Shown piece by piece: positions 10,863 through 21,201 of a stretch of DNA of 64,000 nt. Position 1 is the first letter of the stretch. Each line of letters starts with the position of its first letter. The stretch is from a virus. Made by a program: the position numbers and the translations under genes. The notes under the pieces were generated by a model that was not told where the DNA came from, did not search any database, and saw nothing but the letters and a program-made list of their open reading frames with translations. The stretch lies in IMG/VR virus record IMGVR_UViG_3300042894_005670, one strand, 5' to 3'.

Positions 10863-11573
10863 TCAAATTATCTGTCTTGCTTGTACTAATGAAAAGTATT
10901 GTTCTAAACGATCCCACATTAAACGATTAAATCGCTTCCACTCATCACCCTCTAAAATAAATTCTTGGTAAATTGGTAGAACTGTTTTTTCAGGTTTCAC
11001 ACACATCATAATAACACCTTGTTTAATATCAGTGCCATGTACTTCATTATGTGCATTAGCATAAAACACTAGCTGTAGGAAATAACCATCAATCCATTCA
11101 CGTTTTTTAGGTTTATTCGATTGCTTAAAGTCAATAATACTAGGAATATTTTTATGTACACCAATACAGTCTGTGGTTCCTGCATATAATTCAGGATAAT
11201 AAAGTGGTACTTCTACACCCCAAAATTCTTGACAATTTTTTAAACCTTTTTGGATAACTTCATCAGCCATATGCCAACTATCATGGTGCATAAAATTAGT
11301 TGACTTAGATGGTTGCACACCATCTTTTATGTATCGCTCCAAATACGTGTGCATTTTTGTACCACGATTTGCTGCTTCCGTAGAAATTTGATTTGCTTTG
11401 GCTTCACCAACACGTTTTTTCCACTCAAATAAAGCCTTTTTTTCTTCTTCAGGTTTAGTAGCGTCTAATATGGTTGTAACCGATGGAAGTTTGCCATTTG
11501 GCGTTTCATAGTGACGCTTACCTGATACGTTTACACGGTTAATTGTAGTATATTTAAATTTTGGATTGTACAT
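10863..11573 (-). CDS. PD-(D/E)XK exonuclease (T4-like phage exonuclease)
   Basis: LPSVTTIL, RGTKMH, AGTTDC, IIDFKQS and YFLQL motifs. Confidence 0.85.
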   Translation of the reverse strand: MYNPKFKYTTINRVNVSGKRHYETPNGKLPSVTTILDATKPEEEKKALFEWKKRVGEAKANQISTEAANRGTKMHTYLERYIKDGVQPSKSTNFMHHDSWHMADEVIQKGLKNCQEFWGVEVPLYYPELYAGTTDCIGVHKNIPSIIDFKQSNKPKKREWIDGYFLQLVFYANAHNEVHGTDIKQGVIMMCVKPEKTVLPIYQEFILEGDEWKRFNRLMWDRLEQYFSLVQARQII

Positions 11574-11625
11574 TTGTGATACATTTTATAGTAGTTTACA
11601 ACTATTAGCAAATATTTTGGATAAA

Positions 11626-11946
11626 TTAAACTGAAAAACTTTCACCGCAACCGCAGCGACTTTTCTCTATTGGATTGATAAACTCAAATCCTTCGTTTAA
11701 TCCTTTTTTCTGATAGTCAACTTGTAAATCATTTAGGTATACATGGTGTTCAGGTTTTGTATAAACATGTATACCATAAGATTCATGTACAGTTAATCCT
11801 ACTTGAATATTATCAACATATTCTAGTGTATAGGCTAAACCACTGCAGCCTGTGGTTTTAACACCTATTTGTATGCCAATACCACGTCCACGATTGGCTA
11901 ATAATGTTTTTATTTTATTTGCTGCTACTTCTGTTAACGTTATCAT
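11626..11946 (-). CDS. iscA: Fe-S cluster assembly A-type carrier
   Basis: GVKTTGCSGLAY and CGCGESF motifs. Confidence 0.95.
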   Translation of the reverse strand: MITLTEVAANKIKTLLANRGRGIGIQIGVKTTGCSGLAYTLEYVDNIQVGLTVHESYGIHVYTKPEHHVYLNDLQVDYQKKGLNEGFEFINPIEKSRCGCGESFSV

Positions 11947-11948
11947 TC

Positions 11949-12296
11949 TTACATTGATTTTGTTGCTTGAATAGCTTTATCCTTGACAATTTTTGCGCTA
12001 TCGTCCGTAGGGCTTGTTTTATCACTGCTATCAGTACCTTTAAAAGTAACTCCTTTATCAAAATCCGAAATAATATTTTTAATAGGATCATCTTGGATAA
12101 TATCGTAAAGGTCATCTTTACTTAAAGTTATACCATCTTTTTTTAAAATGTTTAATACAGAATCTACTGTATACGGCTTTTTAGCACCACTATCTTCATA
12201 ACGTGCACGTAGTTGGCTTAACAAAGATGTTATTTCCACCCTTAGTGGATCATCATCTTTGTTAATATCTTCTACAAAAAACTCTCTAAATCGCAC
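11949..12296 (-). CDS. Hypothetical protein, putative head-associated
   Basis: N-terminus MRFREFFVE resembles the T4 capsid-targeting sequence. Confidence 0.5.
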   Translation of the reverse strand: MRFREFFVEDINKDDDPLRVEITSLLSQLRARYEDSGAKKPYTVDSVLNILKKDGITLSKDDLYDIIQDDPIKNIISDFDKGVTFKGTDSSDKTSPTDDSAKIVKDKAIQATKSM

Positions 12297-12298
12297 GA

Positions 12299-13006
12299 TT
12301 AACGCAACTCTCTACCTGCTGCGCCAATTTCTTCTTCGCCTTCATCAGGCTCGGGTAATTCAGGCATAGCTTCAGCGTCTGCACCTAACTCTGCGGCAGG
12401 TGCTGCCATATCAGGTTGGTCACTTACAGGAGCTACTGCACCACCTGCATCAAATCCTGCGGATGCTGCACGACCTAATAATACGTCTTGTGCACCTACA
12501 ATTGATGCTTTAGCTTGTGCTATGGCATCTTGTAATTGTGATAAGGCATCACTTGCACTTTGACTAAATTGATCTGCACCTTGTGCGCTTTGCTCAGTTT
12601 GGCGCATTTGTTCTTCAATAGCAGCTAGATCTTTGACACGCATGTCACTAACACGCTCAACCATTTTTTGCAATTCTTGAATCATGTTTTCTGCTGCCAT
12701 AACATTTGCTGCTGATGTAACAGTTTCATCTTCGACAACAATAGTTGGACGTACATTTAAATCAGTAAAATGATTAGAAAGCATCTGCTCCATCATTAAT
12801 AATTTCAAATATGAATTATTTTTATGACTTTCATGGATTTTACTTGTGGTACGTGCATCTTTTAATAATGTACGCACTTTATCAAGCATACTTTTTGTTG
12901 TACGGAAATCTAGCTTATTCAAATCATAGTTTAAACCATAGTGCTCTTTTAAAGCACGACTTGCAATTTTACTAGCTTTACTTTCGTTTAGTTCTGTTAA
13001 TCTCAT
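12299..13006 (-). CDS. Hypothetical protein, possibly prohead core/scaffold-like
   Basis: Start MRLTELNE after AAGGA; helical and acidic with A/E/P-rich tail. Confidence 0.5.
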   Translation of the reverse strand: MRLTELNESKASKIASRALKEHYGLNYDLNKLDFRTTKSMLDKVRTLLKDARTTSKIHESHKNNSYLKLLMMEQMLSNHFTDLNVRPTIVVEDETVTSAANVMAAENMIQELQKMVERVSDMRVKDLAAIEEQMRQTEQSAQGADQFSQSASDALSQLQDAIAQAKASIVGAQDVLLGRAASAGFDAGGAVAPVSDQPDMAAPAAELGADAEAMPELPEPDEGEEEIGAAGRELR

Positions 13007-13457
13007 TTTCAAATCCTTTTTGTTGACATAGTTTAGCAACTTTAATGTATTTATCCAATTCATTATTAAAAGTTAATTGCTTATGAGTAATCATTTGAAC
13101 TTTTGCTGTTTGAATTAGATATTGTTCAATAGTTCCTTTTTTACTAAGTTTTTCATGAACTTTCTTTTCAAAATCAAGACCACAAAGTAAATTATCAATT
13201 TCATGTAGCTTAGTTGCCTCATGCATCATGAACTTATTGTCTAATATAGCCCATGCTATAGCATGTTTTAGTTTAAAAAATTGAAATTCACGTTCATCAC
13301 CACGTCTTAAGACGTTAATATAGTTATTTTTCTTAAAAATAAAATATTGGTTATACAATACATAGCCATCATTTGTATCTACTATAATTCGTTTAAGTAT
13401 TTTTGGTAATACAACTTCAGCAATTTCTTGCAATTTATCATAGGGTATTTTTCTCAT
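12978..13457 (-). CDS. Hypothetical protein
   Basis: 159-aa ORF tiling the operon. Confidence 0.6.
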   Translation of the reverse strand: MRKIPYDKLQEIAEVVLPKILKRIIVDTNDGYVLYNQYFIFKKNNYINVLRRGDEREFQFFKLKHAIAWAILDNKFMMHEATKLHEIDNLLCGLDFEKKVHEKLSKKGTIEQYLIQTAKVQMITHKQLTFNNELDKYIKVAKLCQQKGFENEINRTKRK

Positions 13458-13881
13458 CGATTACTTCAAAATGAATATTTTTAAAATCATTATTAATATT
13501 TAACAAACCTGATAATCCATTCCACTCTTCTAAACCAATAATCATGGGCACATGATCGCAATCTTCATATAACCCACCAAGTTCATCCTCACCAAGTTGG
13601 AAAACACTATGCTGTTGTACTACAAAAGTAAATGACCACATAGGTATAAAATCTTTTGATTTGTATTTTTTACCAAAGGGCTGAGATAACCTTTGGCTAT
13701 CTTTAATAGGCATACTAATGTCTTCAGGTTGTGCTCTTATACCAATACATTGTAAAATTGTTTCGTAATTTGATTGCTGACTACCTTTAAAGTCATCGTC
13801 ATCTTTACGATCTAATTTATTTCGTCTAAAATTTACATCTGTTTTAGTTATGTCGTATAATGTTGTACAGCGTATCTTCAT
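13438..13881 (-). CDS. Hypothetical protein
   Basis: Start at MKIRCTTL, downstream of the terminator and a TAAATA box. Confidence 0.6.
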   Translation of the reverse strand: MKIRCTTLYDITKTDVNFRRNKLDRKDDDDFKGSQQSNYETILQCIGIRAQPEDISMPIKDSQRLSQPFGKKYKSKDFIPMWSFTFVVQQHSVFQLGEDELGGLYEDCDHVPMIIGLEEWNGLSGLLNINNDFKNIHFEVIDEKNTL

Positions 13882-13900
13882 GACTTTATTTAACGACAAT

Positions 13901-13927
13901 AAAAAAGCCCCGAAAAAATCGGGGCTT
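13901..13927 (-). terminator. Rho-independent terminator
   Basis: AAGCCCCGA/TCGGGGCTT stem followed by a T-tract on the minus strand. Confidence 0.85.
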
Positions 13928-13957
13928 AGTGTGCACAATATATTATATTGTTATATA

Positions 13958-14356
13958 TTACGCAAATGTTGCGCCTGTTGCTACAGAAATATTTGCTGTG
14001 AATGAACTATTTGCTGCTTGAATGCCATTTGTGATAGCTGTATCAAGTGTAGATGTTGTCCATGCACCAACAGGATACACAGCGATTGCTAATGTATCAT
14101 CAGTTGCGTTGTTGTACTGATATAAATGAATGGTAGCTAATTGCTCAATTGACTGAAATACTGCTGTTGCATAATCAGCAATTTGTGAACCATTACCTGT
14201 TACTGTAAACATCTGTAAATCAGGACCTTGTGGTTGTACTGCTACACCACTTGTCATTGCATTGATGTTACCACTATTTGTGTATGCGTTACCTGTACCT
14301 TGATCGTATACGGCTACGGGTTGAAAATCACCATTAACTCTTGTAAAACCTGCCAT
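13958..14356 (-). CDS. Small putative structural protein (possible head decoration)
   Basis: A/T/G/S-rich 132 aa; own ATAAATA box, strong AAGGAG and own terminator. Confidence 0.5.
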   Translation of the reverse strand: MAGFTRVNGDFQPVAVYDQGTGNAYTNSGNINAMTSGVAVQPQGPDLQMFTVTGNGSQIADYATAVFQSIEQLATIHLYQYNNATDDTLAIAVYPVGAWTTSTLDTAITNGIQAANSSFTANISVATGATFA

Positions 14357-14441
14357 TTTTTTTCTCCTTAATGTTTTGAACCAAAGGTTCTAATTTTATT
14401 TATCTTATTTGTAAAAAAATAGCTTGTTACCTAAAAACTAC

Positions 14442-15404
14442 CTACTTTTTGGCTTGTGCTTGAAAATTAGCAACACTTGAACGTATATCTTTTACTATTT
14501 CATTATAATCACTTGGATATTTACGTTTCATATAAGTTAAAACGTTTAACATTAGGTTGTTTAACTCATCTGCATTATAATAGTTGCTATTCATGGCACT
14601 GACAACACGATCTAAATGAGTTGATCCTACTGAACTTTGCCCTACACCACTTGAAATACTACCTCTTGATCTACCCATGGCTTTCTGTTTATAGATATAA
14701 TCAAGTAATTTTGCAGCATTTTTATACGCCATGTCACTTTTACCACTTGCAAATTCTTGATCTATTGTGGTAGCTATTTGTTTTAATTCAGGAACCTCAT
14801 TTAAATTAAATTGTATAACTTGATCAATGTAGTTAGTGAAGGAGCCTGGGTCAACGACAGTTTGTTCATATAAAGCTGATTCTAATAAGGTATACAAATC
14901 ATCAAATCTACTTTCTGTCATACCTTGTGCTTGTCTTTTACGAATAATATCAGCAGTTGATGAGGTGTAGTTGCCTTGGGGAGGGCGACCTGGGCGCATG
15001 CTAGCTTGTGCTGCCTGTGCTGCTGCTTTACGTCGATCAGCGTAGCCTGGTAGCTCGGTTGGTGCAGCCTGTAGGTTTGGTGTAGGTAACTGTGTACCTG
15101 TGGGAACTGTTCTTTGTTGTACCGTTGTTTGCTGTGCTTGGCGTTGTTGTACTTTTGGCGTTGGCTGAACAGCAGGTTGTGATGCAGGTTGTGATGATGG
15201 TTCATCTTGTTTTTGTGCTGTCATATAATTTGGATCAGCTTGACGAACTTTAGCTGCCCATGCAGGATAACCTTTTAGTGCAGCACTAATCTTAGACTGT
15301 ATAACTTTTGCATCTAACTGCGAGGTTTTTGGATCTCGATACGCCATTTGCTGACGTATCGGATTAAAAATAGCTTCTAATCCATCTTCAATCAGTTTAC
15401 TCAT
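14442..15404 (-). CDS. Hypothetical protein with Q/P/A-rich linker
   Basis: 320-aa ORF. Confidence 0.6.
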   Translation of the reverse strand: MSKLIEDGLEAIFNPIRQQMAYRDPKTSQLDAKVIQSKISAALKGYPAWAAKVRQADPNYMTAQKQDEPSSQPASQPAVQPTPKVQQRQAQQTTVQQRTVPTGTQLPTPNLQAAPTELPGYADRRKAAAQAAQASMRPGRPPQGNYTSSTADIIRKRQAQGMTESRFDDLYTLLESALYEQTVVDPGSFTNYIDQVIQFNLNEVPELKQIATTIDQEFASGKSDMAYKNAAKLLDYIYKQKAMGRSRGSISSGVGQSSVGSTHLDRVVSAMNSNYYNADELNNLMLNVLTYMKRKYPSDYNEIVKDIRSSVANFQAQAKK

Positions 15405-15645
15405 CAGCAGAATTCTTTCTAAAACTTTTTGAGAATTTTTCGCTATCTCTACTTTTTATAGCAACTAACAGCTTTCGTTCTAAAACTTCAGCCTGTTCAG
15501 GCGTAAAATTACGCTGTATAACCTCTAAAAGGTGTATAGCACTTGTTATAATACTATTGGCACGACTTTCGATTATATACTTAGTATCACGATTTTTTGC
15601 CAATGATTCTAATTCTTCTAATAGGCTACGAGTCTTTTTTTCCAT
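15397..15645 (-). CDS. Conserved hypothetical phage protein
   Basis: 82 aa, KTRSLLEEL start; ATAAATA box upstream. Confidence 0.65.
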   Translation of the reverse strand: MEKKTRSLLEELESLAKNRDTKYIIESRANSIITSAIHLLEVIQRNFTPEQAEVLERKLLVAIKSRDSEKFSKSFRKNSADE

Positions 15646-15678
15646 GATATAGTATTTATCAGAATTATGACAGTTGTA

Positions 15679-17076
15679 TTAACTTCCTTTCTTAAACTGT
15701 GCTAACATTTGTTTTACTTTATTACTTTGAACATCAGCTACTACTTTACTTTCTTCAGGTTCTTCTTCTACTCGATTAATAACCTGACTATTAGTTTTAA
15801 TCTTACTTAGTATTGATGATCCTGTATGTACTTCATGTGTGGTTCCATCCTCGCCATCATCAAAGATTTTCAACGTTTCTTTATTAAATGACAAATCAAT
15901 CTTAGTACCTACTCCTGAACTACTACGAGTTTTCATCAATTGTAATTGATATTTTCCTTTCTCACGCATGTTTCTACTAGTAAAAATACCAAAGACATTG
16001 TCAGCAGTGTTAATTTTACTAATTCCACCACTGATATGACTATGATCAAATTCACTTTCTTCTACCGCACTACGATTTAATTGTGAAGCAGTTACAAATA
16101 ATGCATTTAACTCTTTTGCTAAATTACGTAATTCTTCACTAACGTATTTGTCTTTGACAAATAAATCACTTGGGCTTACTTTAGCAGATACAGGCATCAT
16201 AAGATCTAGGTAGTCAACACAAATAAAGTCTAGTTTAGTGTCAGTTTGAACTTGTAATTCTTTACAATAAGCTCGCAAATCATTGACGGTGCTTTGGGCT
16301 GGCATGTATTTGACACGTAATTGCCCTGCTTTCTTTTGAATCATTTTTACTTTTAATTCAACATCATCAATTTGTTTCCATACATCATTAGTAGGAATGT
16401 CAGTCATCATACCATCCATCCGCCAAGAACATAGTTCTTCACTTAGTTCTAAGGTTACATACACACCATTTAATCCCATAGCAGACCATGTTACTGCTAA
16501 ATTTTGCATGAATAATGACTTACCTGATCCACTACCACCCAAAAACAGTTGTAATTCACCACGATTAAACCCACCATATAATTTACGATCAAGAACAGGC
16601 CATCCTGTGGTTACTTGCCCATTTTTTGCCTTAATAGCCATCAATCTGCCACGTGGGTCATCATAATAATCAATGCCCATATCTTTTGTTAAGCTAATCT
16701 GTACCGCATCTTTAACAAGTTTTTCAACAGGATCATAGTTTCCTTTTTCAAGTAATTCTGCACTTTTTAAAATAGCACGTTCTAATTCTTGTTTACGTGT
16801 AAATTTTTCAAATTCATCTAAAAACCATTCTATATCATGATCACGCAAATCATGTATTTTATCTAATTCGATATTTGTAGTTACACGAATTGTTTCCGCA
16901 TCAGGTATACCATTGTACTTTTGTGAATACTCTTGTAAAAATTTTACAGCAGGACGCAACCTTTTAGTAAAATTGTCAGCGTTTAAAATGTTCTGAACAC
17001 GTGTGAATAAATGATGTTCAGTTAACATCATATTTAAAAACAATGTTTGTACTTCGTCGGTATACTCTATTTTCAC
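15679..17076 (-). CDS. Replicative DNA helicase (DnaB/T4 gp41-like)
   Basis: GGSGSGKS Walker A, TLELSE, VDYLDL, TASQLNR and MKTR motifs. Confidence 0.93.
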   Translation of the reverse strand: MKIEYTDEVQTLFLNMMLTEHHLFTRVQNILNADNFTKRLRPAVKFLQEYSQKYNGIPDAETIRVTTNIELDKIHDLRDHDIEWFLDEFEKFTRKQELERAILKSAELLEKGNYDPVEKLVKDAVQISLTKDMGIDYYDDPRGRLMAIKAKNGQVTTGWPVLDRKLYGGFNRGELQLFLGGSGSGKSLFMQNLAVTWSAMGLNGVYVTLELSEELCSWRMDGMMTDIPTNDVWKQIDDVELKVKMIQKKAGQLRVKYMPAQSTVNDLRAYCKELQVQTDTKLDFICVDYLDLMMPVSAKVSPSDLFVKDKYVSEELRNLAKELNALFVTASQLNRSAVEESEFDHSHISGGISKINTADNVFGIFTSRNMREKGKYQLQLMKTRSSSGVGTKIDLSFNKETLKIFDDGEDGTTHEVHTGSSILSKIKTNSQVINRVEEEPEESKVVADVQSNKVKQMLAQFKKGS

Positions 17077-18056
17077 AATACTTTATCTTTATAAATTTTA
17101 ATCTTTGCTTTACTGATTGTTGCGTGTTGAATAATACTTAGTAATGTAGCTAATTTACCATACTTTAAAACCGCATCATTAACATCCTTAATTGTACTAT
17201 CCCATGTTGGAGGTATGCTTACACTATACCCATAGTCTAATGCTCGCTCAATACCTTTAAATCCCGCAAGATCACGATCAGGTACGTAAATAATTCTACG
17301 CTTTAACTTAGATATTAACCAAGATTGTTTTTCACTGACTTCATTGGACATGATAGCACAACCACCAATAGCCAATGCGTCAAACTGTCCTTCAACCAAT
17401 ATACAAATTTCCCAACTTGGATCCTGCCTATCTAAATTAAAAACATAACCTGATTGTTGCTCGGATATGTACTTAGGTTTTATATCATCGTAATATCTAC
17501 TTGTATATCCCACAGTCCTACCATTTAAAAAATATGGGATAATTATACGATGGGCATCACGACCTTCACCCTTAGGTGTCACCATGAACTGATAATCATC
17601 ATACATAAACCCACGTGCAGCTAAAATATTAACAAATCGTATGTGCTGTGGATTATTTGGGTTTATAATTTCAGCATCTTTTGGCAATGCTATATCTTTA
17701 AAAATTAACTCATGCTGTACTTTAGTTTTGACTAACAATGACGTATCACGCAATCGCAATGCTTCCATTGATAATGCTGCTACCTCATCATCAGACATTC
17801 CCATCCATGATAATAATTTTCTAAAGTGGTCACTTAATAATTTTCCCGTTGAATAACCACATTTGAAATTACAATTGAAACAGGAATAATTGATTTTATC
17901 ATCACCTGTTACTATTAGTCCACCACGCATACGAGTATCTACACGATGCCCACGATGATGACAACATACAGCATTGGCAGATATCCATCCACCACCCGTA
18001 CGTTTATGCTTGCGGTTACACCAAAAATGTAGTGTTTTATCAATAATAGTATTCAT
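17073..18056 (-). CDS. DNA primase (T4 gp61-like, TOPRIM)
   Basis: N-terminal Zn-binding Cys/His region (CCHH..CFNC), VEGQFDA, PDRD and KDVND. Confidence 0.9.
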   Translation of the reverse strand: MNTIIDKTLHFWCNRKHKRTGGGWISANAVCCHHRGHRVDTRMRGGLIVTGDDKINYSCFNCNFKCGYSTGKLLSDHFRKLLSWMGMSDDEVAALSMEALRLRDTSLLVKTKVQHELIFKDIALPKDAEIINPNNPQHIRFVNILAARGFMYDDYQFMVTPKGEGRDAHRIIIPYFLNGRTVGYTSRYYDDIKPKYISEQQSGYVFNLDRQDPSWEICILVEGQFDALAIGGCAIMSNEVSEKQSWLISKLKRRIIYVPDRDLAGFKGIERALDYGYSVSIPPTWDSTIKDVNDAVLKYGKLATLLSIIQHATISKAKIKIYKDKVL

Positions 18057-18108
18057 GTGCCACCATAGTATAGCACAACGATTGCATCTTCATCAAATAT
18101 TAGATAAT

Positions 18109-18990
18109 TTATCTAGCGTATATAGCAACAACATCACCTTTTAAGTACTGTTGATTTGTTTCAGGAGGACCACTACCATAATTCTGTATAGCTAAACGTA
18201 CATAAGGATGATAGCCTGTTATGGTAGTGCCCACGGTCAATGTTTCGCCTGTAGGGTATGGTAAAGCATTTGCGTTACCATAAACAACCACATTACCAAT
18301 ATTGTAAGCACGACTAAAATCAGCGATGTTGCTACCTTCAATAGTTATATTACCACAAAATTCTTCTATTCTATATTGAATAGTCAAATATTGTGCATCT
18401 TCATTTTTAATTTCACTGCTGTAGTACATCTTGGGTTGAGGTTGGGTACTATTACCACCTTGCATAGCATTGCCTTGTGTAGGTCTTGGATGTGTTGGTA
18501 TGGTTACATCAAGTGCAGGAATTACCCTAGGGAAAATACTATCAACAACAATTAAGTTACCTCTAGCTGATCCGCTTGCATTGACAAAAACAGCCATACC
18601 TGCAGTTTGAGGATTTACTTCAGGTACATCACTTATTTCAACGGAATAGTAACAATATTGAGGTTGAATTAAATCTACTTCAGAGGCAGTTAATTCTAAA
18701 TTAAAAATCCCTGTAATAGGTAAGTTAGCAGTTAATGCTTTAGTAAGAATTAGTTCAGTGCCGTTATTATTGATAACACGGAAATATAAATATTTTCCAA
18801 CTAAATTTACAGGTTTTTGATCTTGATTAATAAACGCAAATTCTAGTAAATTATCAACACCACGATTTAACATTAAGTCTTTAGCGTACACGATACTATA
18901 TCTCCTTGTAGCAATATTTCCTGCGGCACTTAATAAAACCACATATTGTCTTTGATTATATAAATACATTTGCGTTTGGTATGCAGCCAC
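18109..18990 (-). CDS. Hypothetical protein, probably structural
   Basis: 293 aa from GTG; RGVDN..F.FINQDQKPV motif; ATAAATA box upstream. Confidence 0.55.
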   Translation of the reverse strand: MAAYQTQMYLYNQRQYVVLLSAAGNIATRRYSIVYAKDLMLNRGVDNLLEFAFINQDQKPVNLVGKYLYFRVINNNGTELILTKALTANLPITGIFNLELTASEVDLIQPQYCYYSVEISDVPEVNPQTAGMAVFVNASGSARGNLIVVDSIFPRVIPALDVTIPTHPRPTQGNAMQGGNSTQPQPKMYYSSEIKNEDAQYLTIQYRIEEFCGNITIEGSNIADFSRAYNIGNVVVYGNANALPYPTGETLTVGTTITGYHPYVRLAIQNYGSGPPETNQQYLKGDVVAIYAR

Positions 18991-19014
18991 GTGAATATCC
19001 TTTATTTTGTATTT

Positions 19015-19389
19015 ATGTCATCAGAATTTTTAAAAAAGTTGAGTTCAAATCATCCGTTTATAACCGTATGCTCCTATGCAGGTCAAGAGTATATTGGTGT
19101 TGTGCAAAACCGTGATGATGATGTTACAACATTCTATGATTATGGTGCTATCATTGAACACGAATTAAAACAATTATTTTTAGAATTAGGTGATGTATGG
19201 TGGTGGGAAAGTAATCGTCTTATACCTATCAACATCTTTTTAAAAGATGAATGGCATGTATTTAAACAATATCTTAGAACATTTAATAATAAATCTCTAG
19301 TGATTATTCACGGACCAACCACCTCGATTAGTGAACTAAGCAAAAGACGTGTTAAGCGTAAAAGCATTACGTTGGTCAAGCGCATGTAA
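19015..19389 (+). CDS. Conserved hypothetical phage protein
   Basis: One of only three credible plus-strand genes; WWWESNRLIPINIFL; TATAAATA at 18959-18966. Confidence 0.75.
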   Translation: MSSEFLKKLSSNHPFITVCSYAGQEYIGVVQNRDDDVTTFYDYGAIIEHELKQLFLELGDVWWWESNRLIPINIFLKDEWHVFKQYLRTFNNKSLVIIHGPTTSISELSKRRVKRKSITLVKRM

Positions 19390-19962
19390 TCCTAATTCTT
19401 CAATCAAGTTCATATGTACAACCACCAAGTGTGCATAACTTATTGAATGACTTTTCTTAAACGAATACCCATCATGATCAGTTTTGTCCCATACAGTTTG
19501 ATTAACTTCACTCCATGTCTTACCAATCAAATGCCTTTTAGCAGGACGAATTACAGCTAAAAACATTGCCATACGTGGTATGGTATTGATAGGTTCAGGC
19601 ATTTTTCTCATCGTATCATAATGTTCACCAATATGAATCAATGACTGAAAGAATTCTTTATCATATAATTTTGACCAATTAGGCTCGGCCATTAATTTGA
19701 TAAGATGATTTTCGTCCCGAACATGCTTGTATACCCAAACATTTAAAAAATCTAGCTTGATATAGTTTCTATCTTCGGCTTGTTTATATTCAAGTGCCGC
19801 CCAATCATGTATAGGGTCATAAGGAATGTTAGTCACGTATACGCCTGTAGGATGTTTTTTTACGCCATCCGTAGTTTTCATGTGAGCAGCAACGTATTTG
19901 ATATGCTGTAAAATATCATTGCGGTCAGCAAAGTCAATATCAATGTCACTATTGAAAGTCAT
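19336..19962 (-). CDS. Minimal DNA polymerase III alpha (DnaE/family C)-like protein
   Basis: SDIDIDF, KHPTGVY, IKLDFL, AVIRPA and YSFKKSHSISY match DnaE motifs PDIDxDF, HAAGVV, KFDFL, ALYRPG and YGFNKSHAxxY. Confidence 0.85.
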   Translation of the reverse strand: MTFNSDIDIDFADRNDILQHIKYVAAHMKTTDGVKKHPTGVYVTNIPYDPIHDWAALEYKQAEDRNYIKLDFLNVWVYKHVRDENHLIKLMAEPNWSKLYDKEFFQSLIHIGEHYDTMRKMPEPINTIPRMAMFLAVIRPAKRHLIGKTWSEVNQTVWDKTDHDGYSFKKSHSISYAHLVVVHMNLIEELGLHALDQRNAFTLNTSFA

Positions 19963-20678
19963 AAATCCATTTGCTCAATAATTCGCTTAATTGATTCGAC
20001 TGTATCTTTTTCACGATACAATTTTATACCCCATACGTCAGGATTAATATAATCAAAAATTAATTTGATTTGATCTTGGTTAAGATTTTCAATAAATGCT
20101 CTACCATGTGTAGAGTTGTACAAAAACCATGGACTAATTTGCCCATTAATTACTGAATAACATAGTTTATTATGATTTAAAAATTTAAAGGCATCACGTA
20201 CTTGTATATTTTGTTCATGACATAATATTTTTAACGATTCAATACTACGTTTAACAGCATCATACGCATCTTCTAATTTTAAATAGTCGATAAGAAACTT
20301 GGTATAGTATACATCACTATTCCAACTATCAATGATAACCTTGTGTGATACAAGATAATCAATGTAACGAGCAATGTTAATAACTTTATTAGCTAGGCAG
20401 TAACTAGCAAACTTAATAAATGCGCTATAAAATGGACTATAGATAAAATCTATGTACTCAAGTTTTGATTTAGTAGGATGATTTTTTTGGTGATACATTT
20501 TAAAAGCACCGTGTGCAAAACGATTGACTTGGTTATCACGTTCATTCCATCGACGTTTTGATTCACACAAATGTGTTAATAATGTACTCTCACGTATAAA
20601 TGATCGTTTACAAAACTCACATTGATTAGTAATTTCCGTTTTCTTTTTCGTAGTCATTAATATCTTGTTCATTGACAA
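19959..20678 (-). CDS. Zinc-finger-containing hypothetical protein
   Basis: CEFC-x12-HLC C2H2-like finger at the N-terminus. Confidence 0.6.
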   Translation of the reverse strand: MSMNKILMTTKKKTEITNQCEFCKRSFIRESTLLTHLCESKRRWNERDNQVNRFAHGAFKMYHQKNHPTKSKLEYIDFIYSPFYSAFIKFASYCLANKVINIARYIDYLVSHKVIIDSWNSDVYYTKFLIDYLKLEDAYDAVKRSIESLKILCHEQNIQVRDAFKFLNHNKLCYSVINGQISPWFLYNSTHGRAFIENLNQDQIKLIFDYINPDVWGIKLYREKDTVESIKRIIEQMDL

Positions 20679-21201
20679 TTGTACTCAAATATTCTATATC
20701 ACAAAGTTTCATACTAGGAAATAATTTAGCTAAACGATACCTTAGGTTTTGTAATTGCACAAACTCTACGCTAGTTTCATTAATAACTTTATCGTTAGCA
20801 TTGCTAATTTTCTTAAAATACTCTGCTACTTCTTTTTTTGTAGCCGCAACTTTTAACTCACCAATTTTGTGATTTAAATGTGGTATCCATTGATGAAATT
20901 GCACTCCTGAATTTGGGCTAGCTACACACAGCATATACCAAATTAATTTAGGATGACGTTGAATATATTCATTAAAGAAGTGTTTATTAACAAACTCATT
21001 AGCTGCAATGACGTAATATTTTGATAACTCACCTTGTTTTTTAATTGAACTCATCCAATGCAGCATCATAAATGGAACAAATTTCTTTTGTTGTTCTTCG
21101 GTAAGTCGATCATAATAATCATAATCCTTACGATCTAATGCTTCAAGCGCACCAAATAAATCAAAGTCAACGTTTTGTAATTTAAGATCAGATTGTTTCA
21201 T
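20626..21201 (-). CDS. Clamp-loader small subunit (T4 gp62-like)
   Basis: F.PFMM.HWMS, ANEFVN, HPKL.W and HQWIP pattern. Confidence 0.65.
   Translation of the reverse strand: MKQSDLKLQNVDFDLFGALEALDRKDYDYYDRLTEEQQKKFVPFMMLHWMSSIKKQGELSKYYVIAANEFVNKHFFNEYIQRHPKLIWYMLCVASPNSGVQFHQWIPHLNHKIGELKVAATKKEVAEYFKKISNANDKVINETSVEFVQLQNLRYRLAKLFPSMKLCDIEYLSTIVNEQDINDYEKENGNY

Noticed and set aside
10863-11573. Cas4 or CRISPR association of the PD-(D/E)XK nuclease
   Set aside because: It lacks the four-Cys Fe-S motif and there is no array; it fits an ordinary T4-like phage exonuclease.
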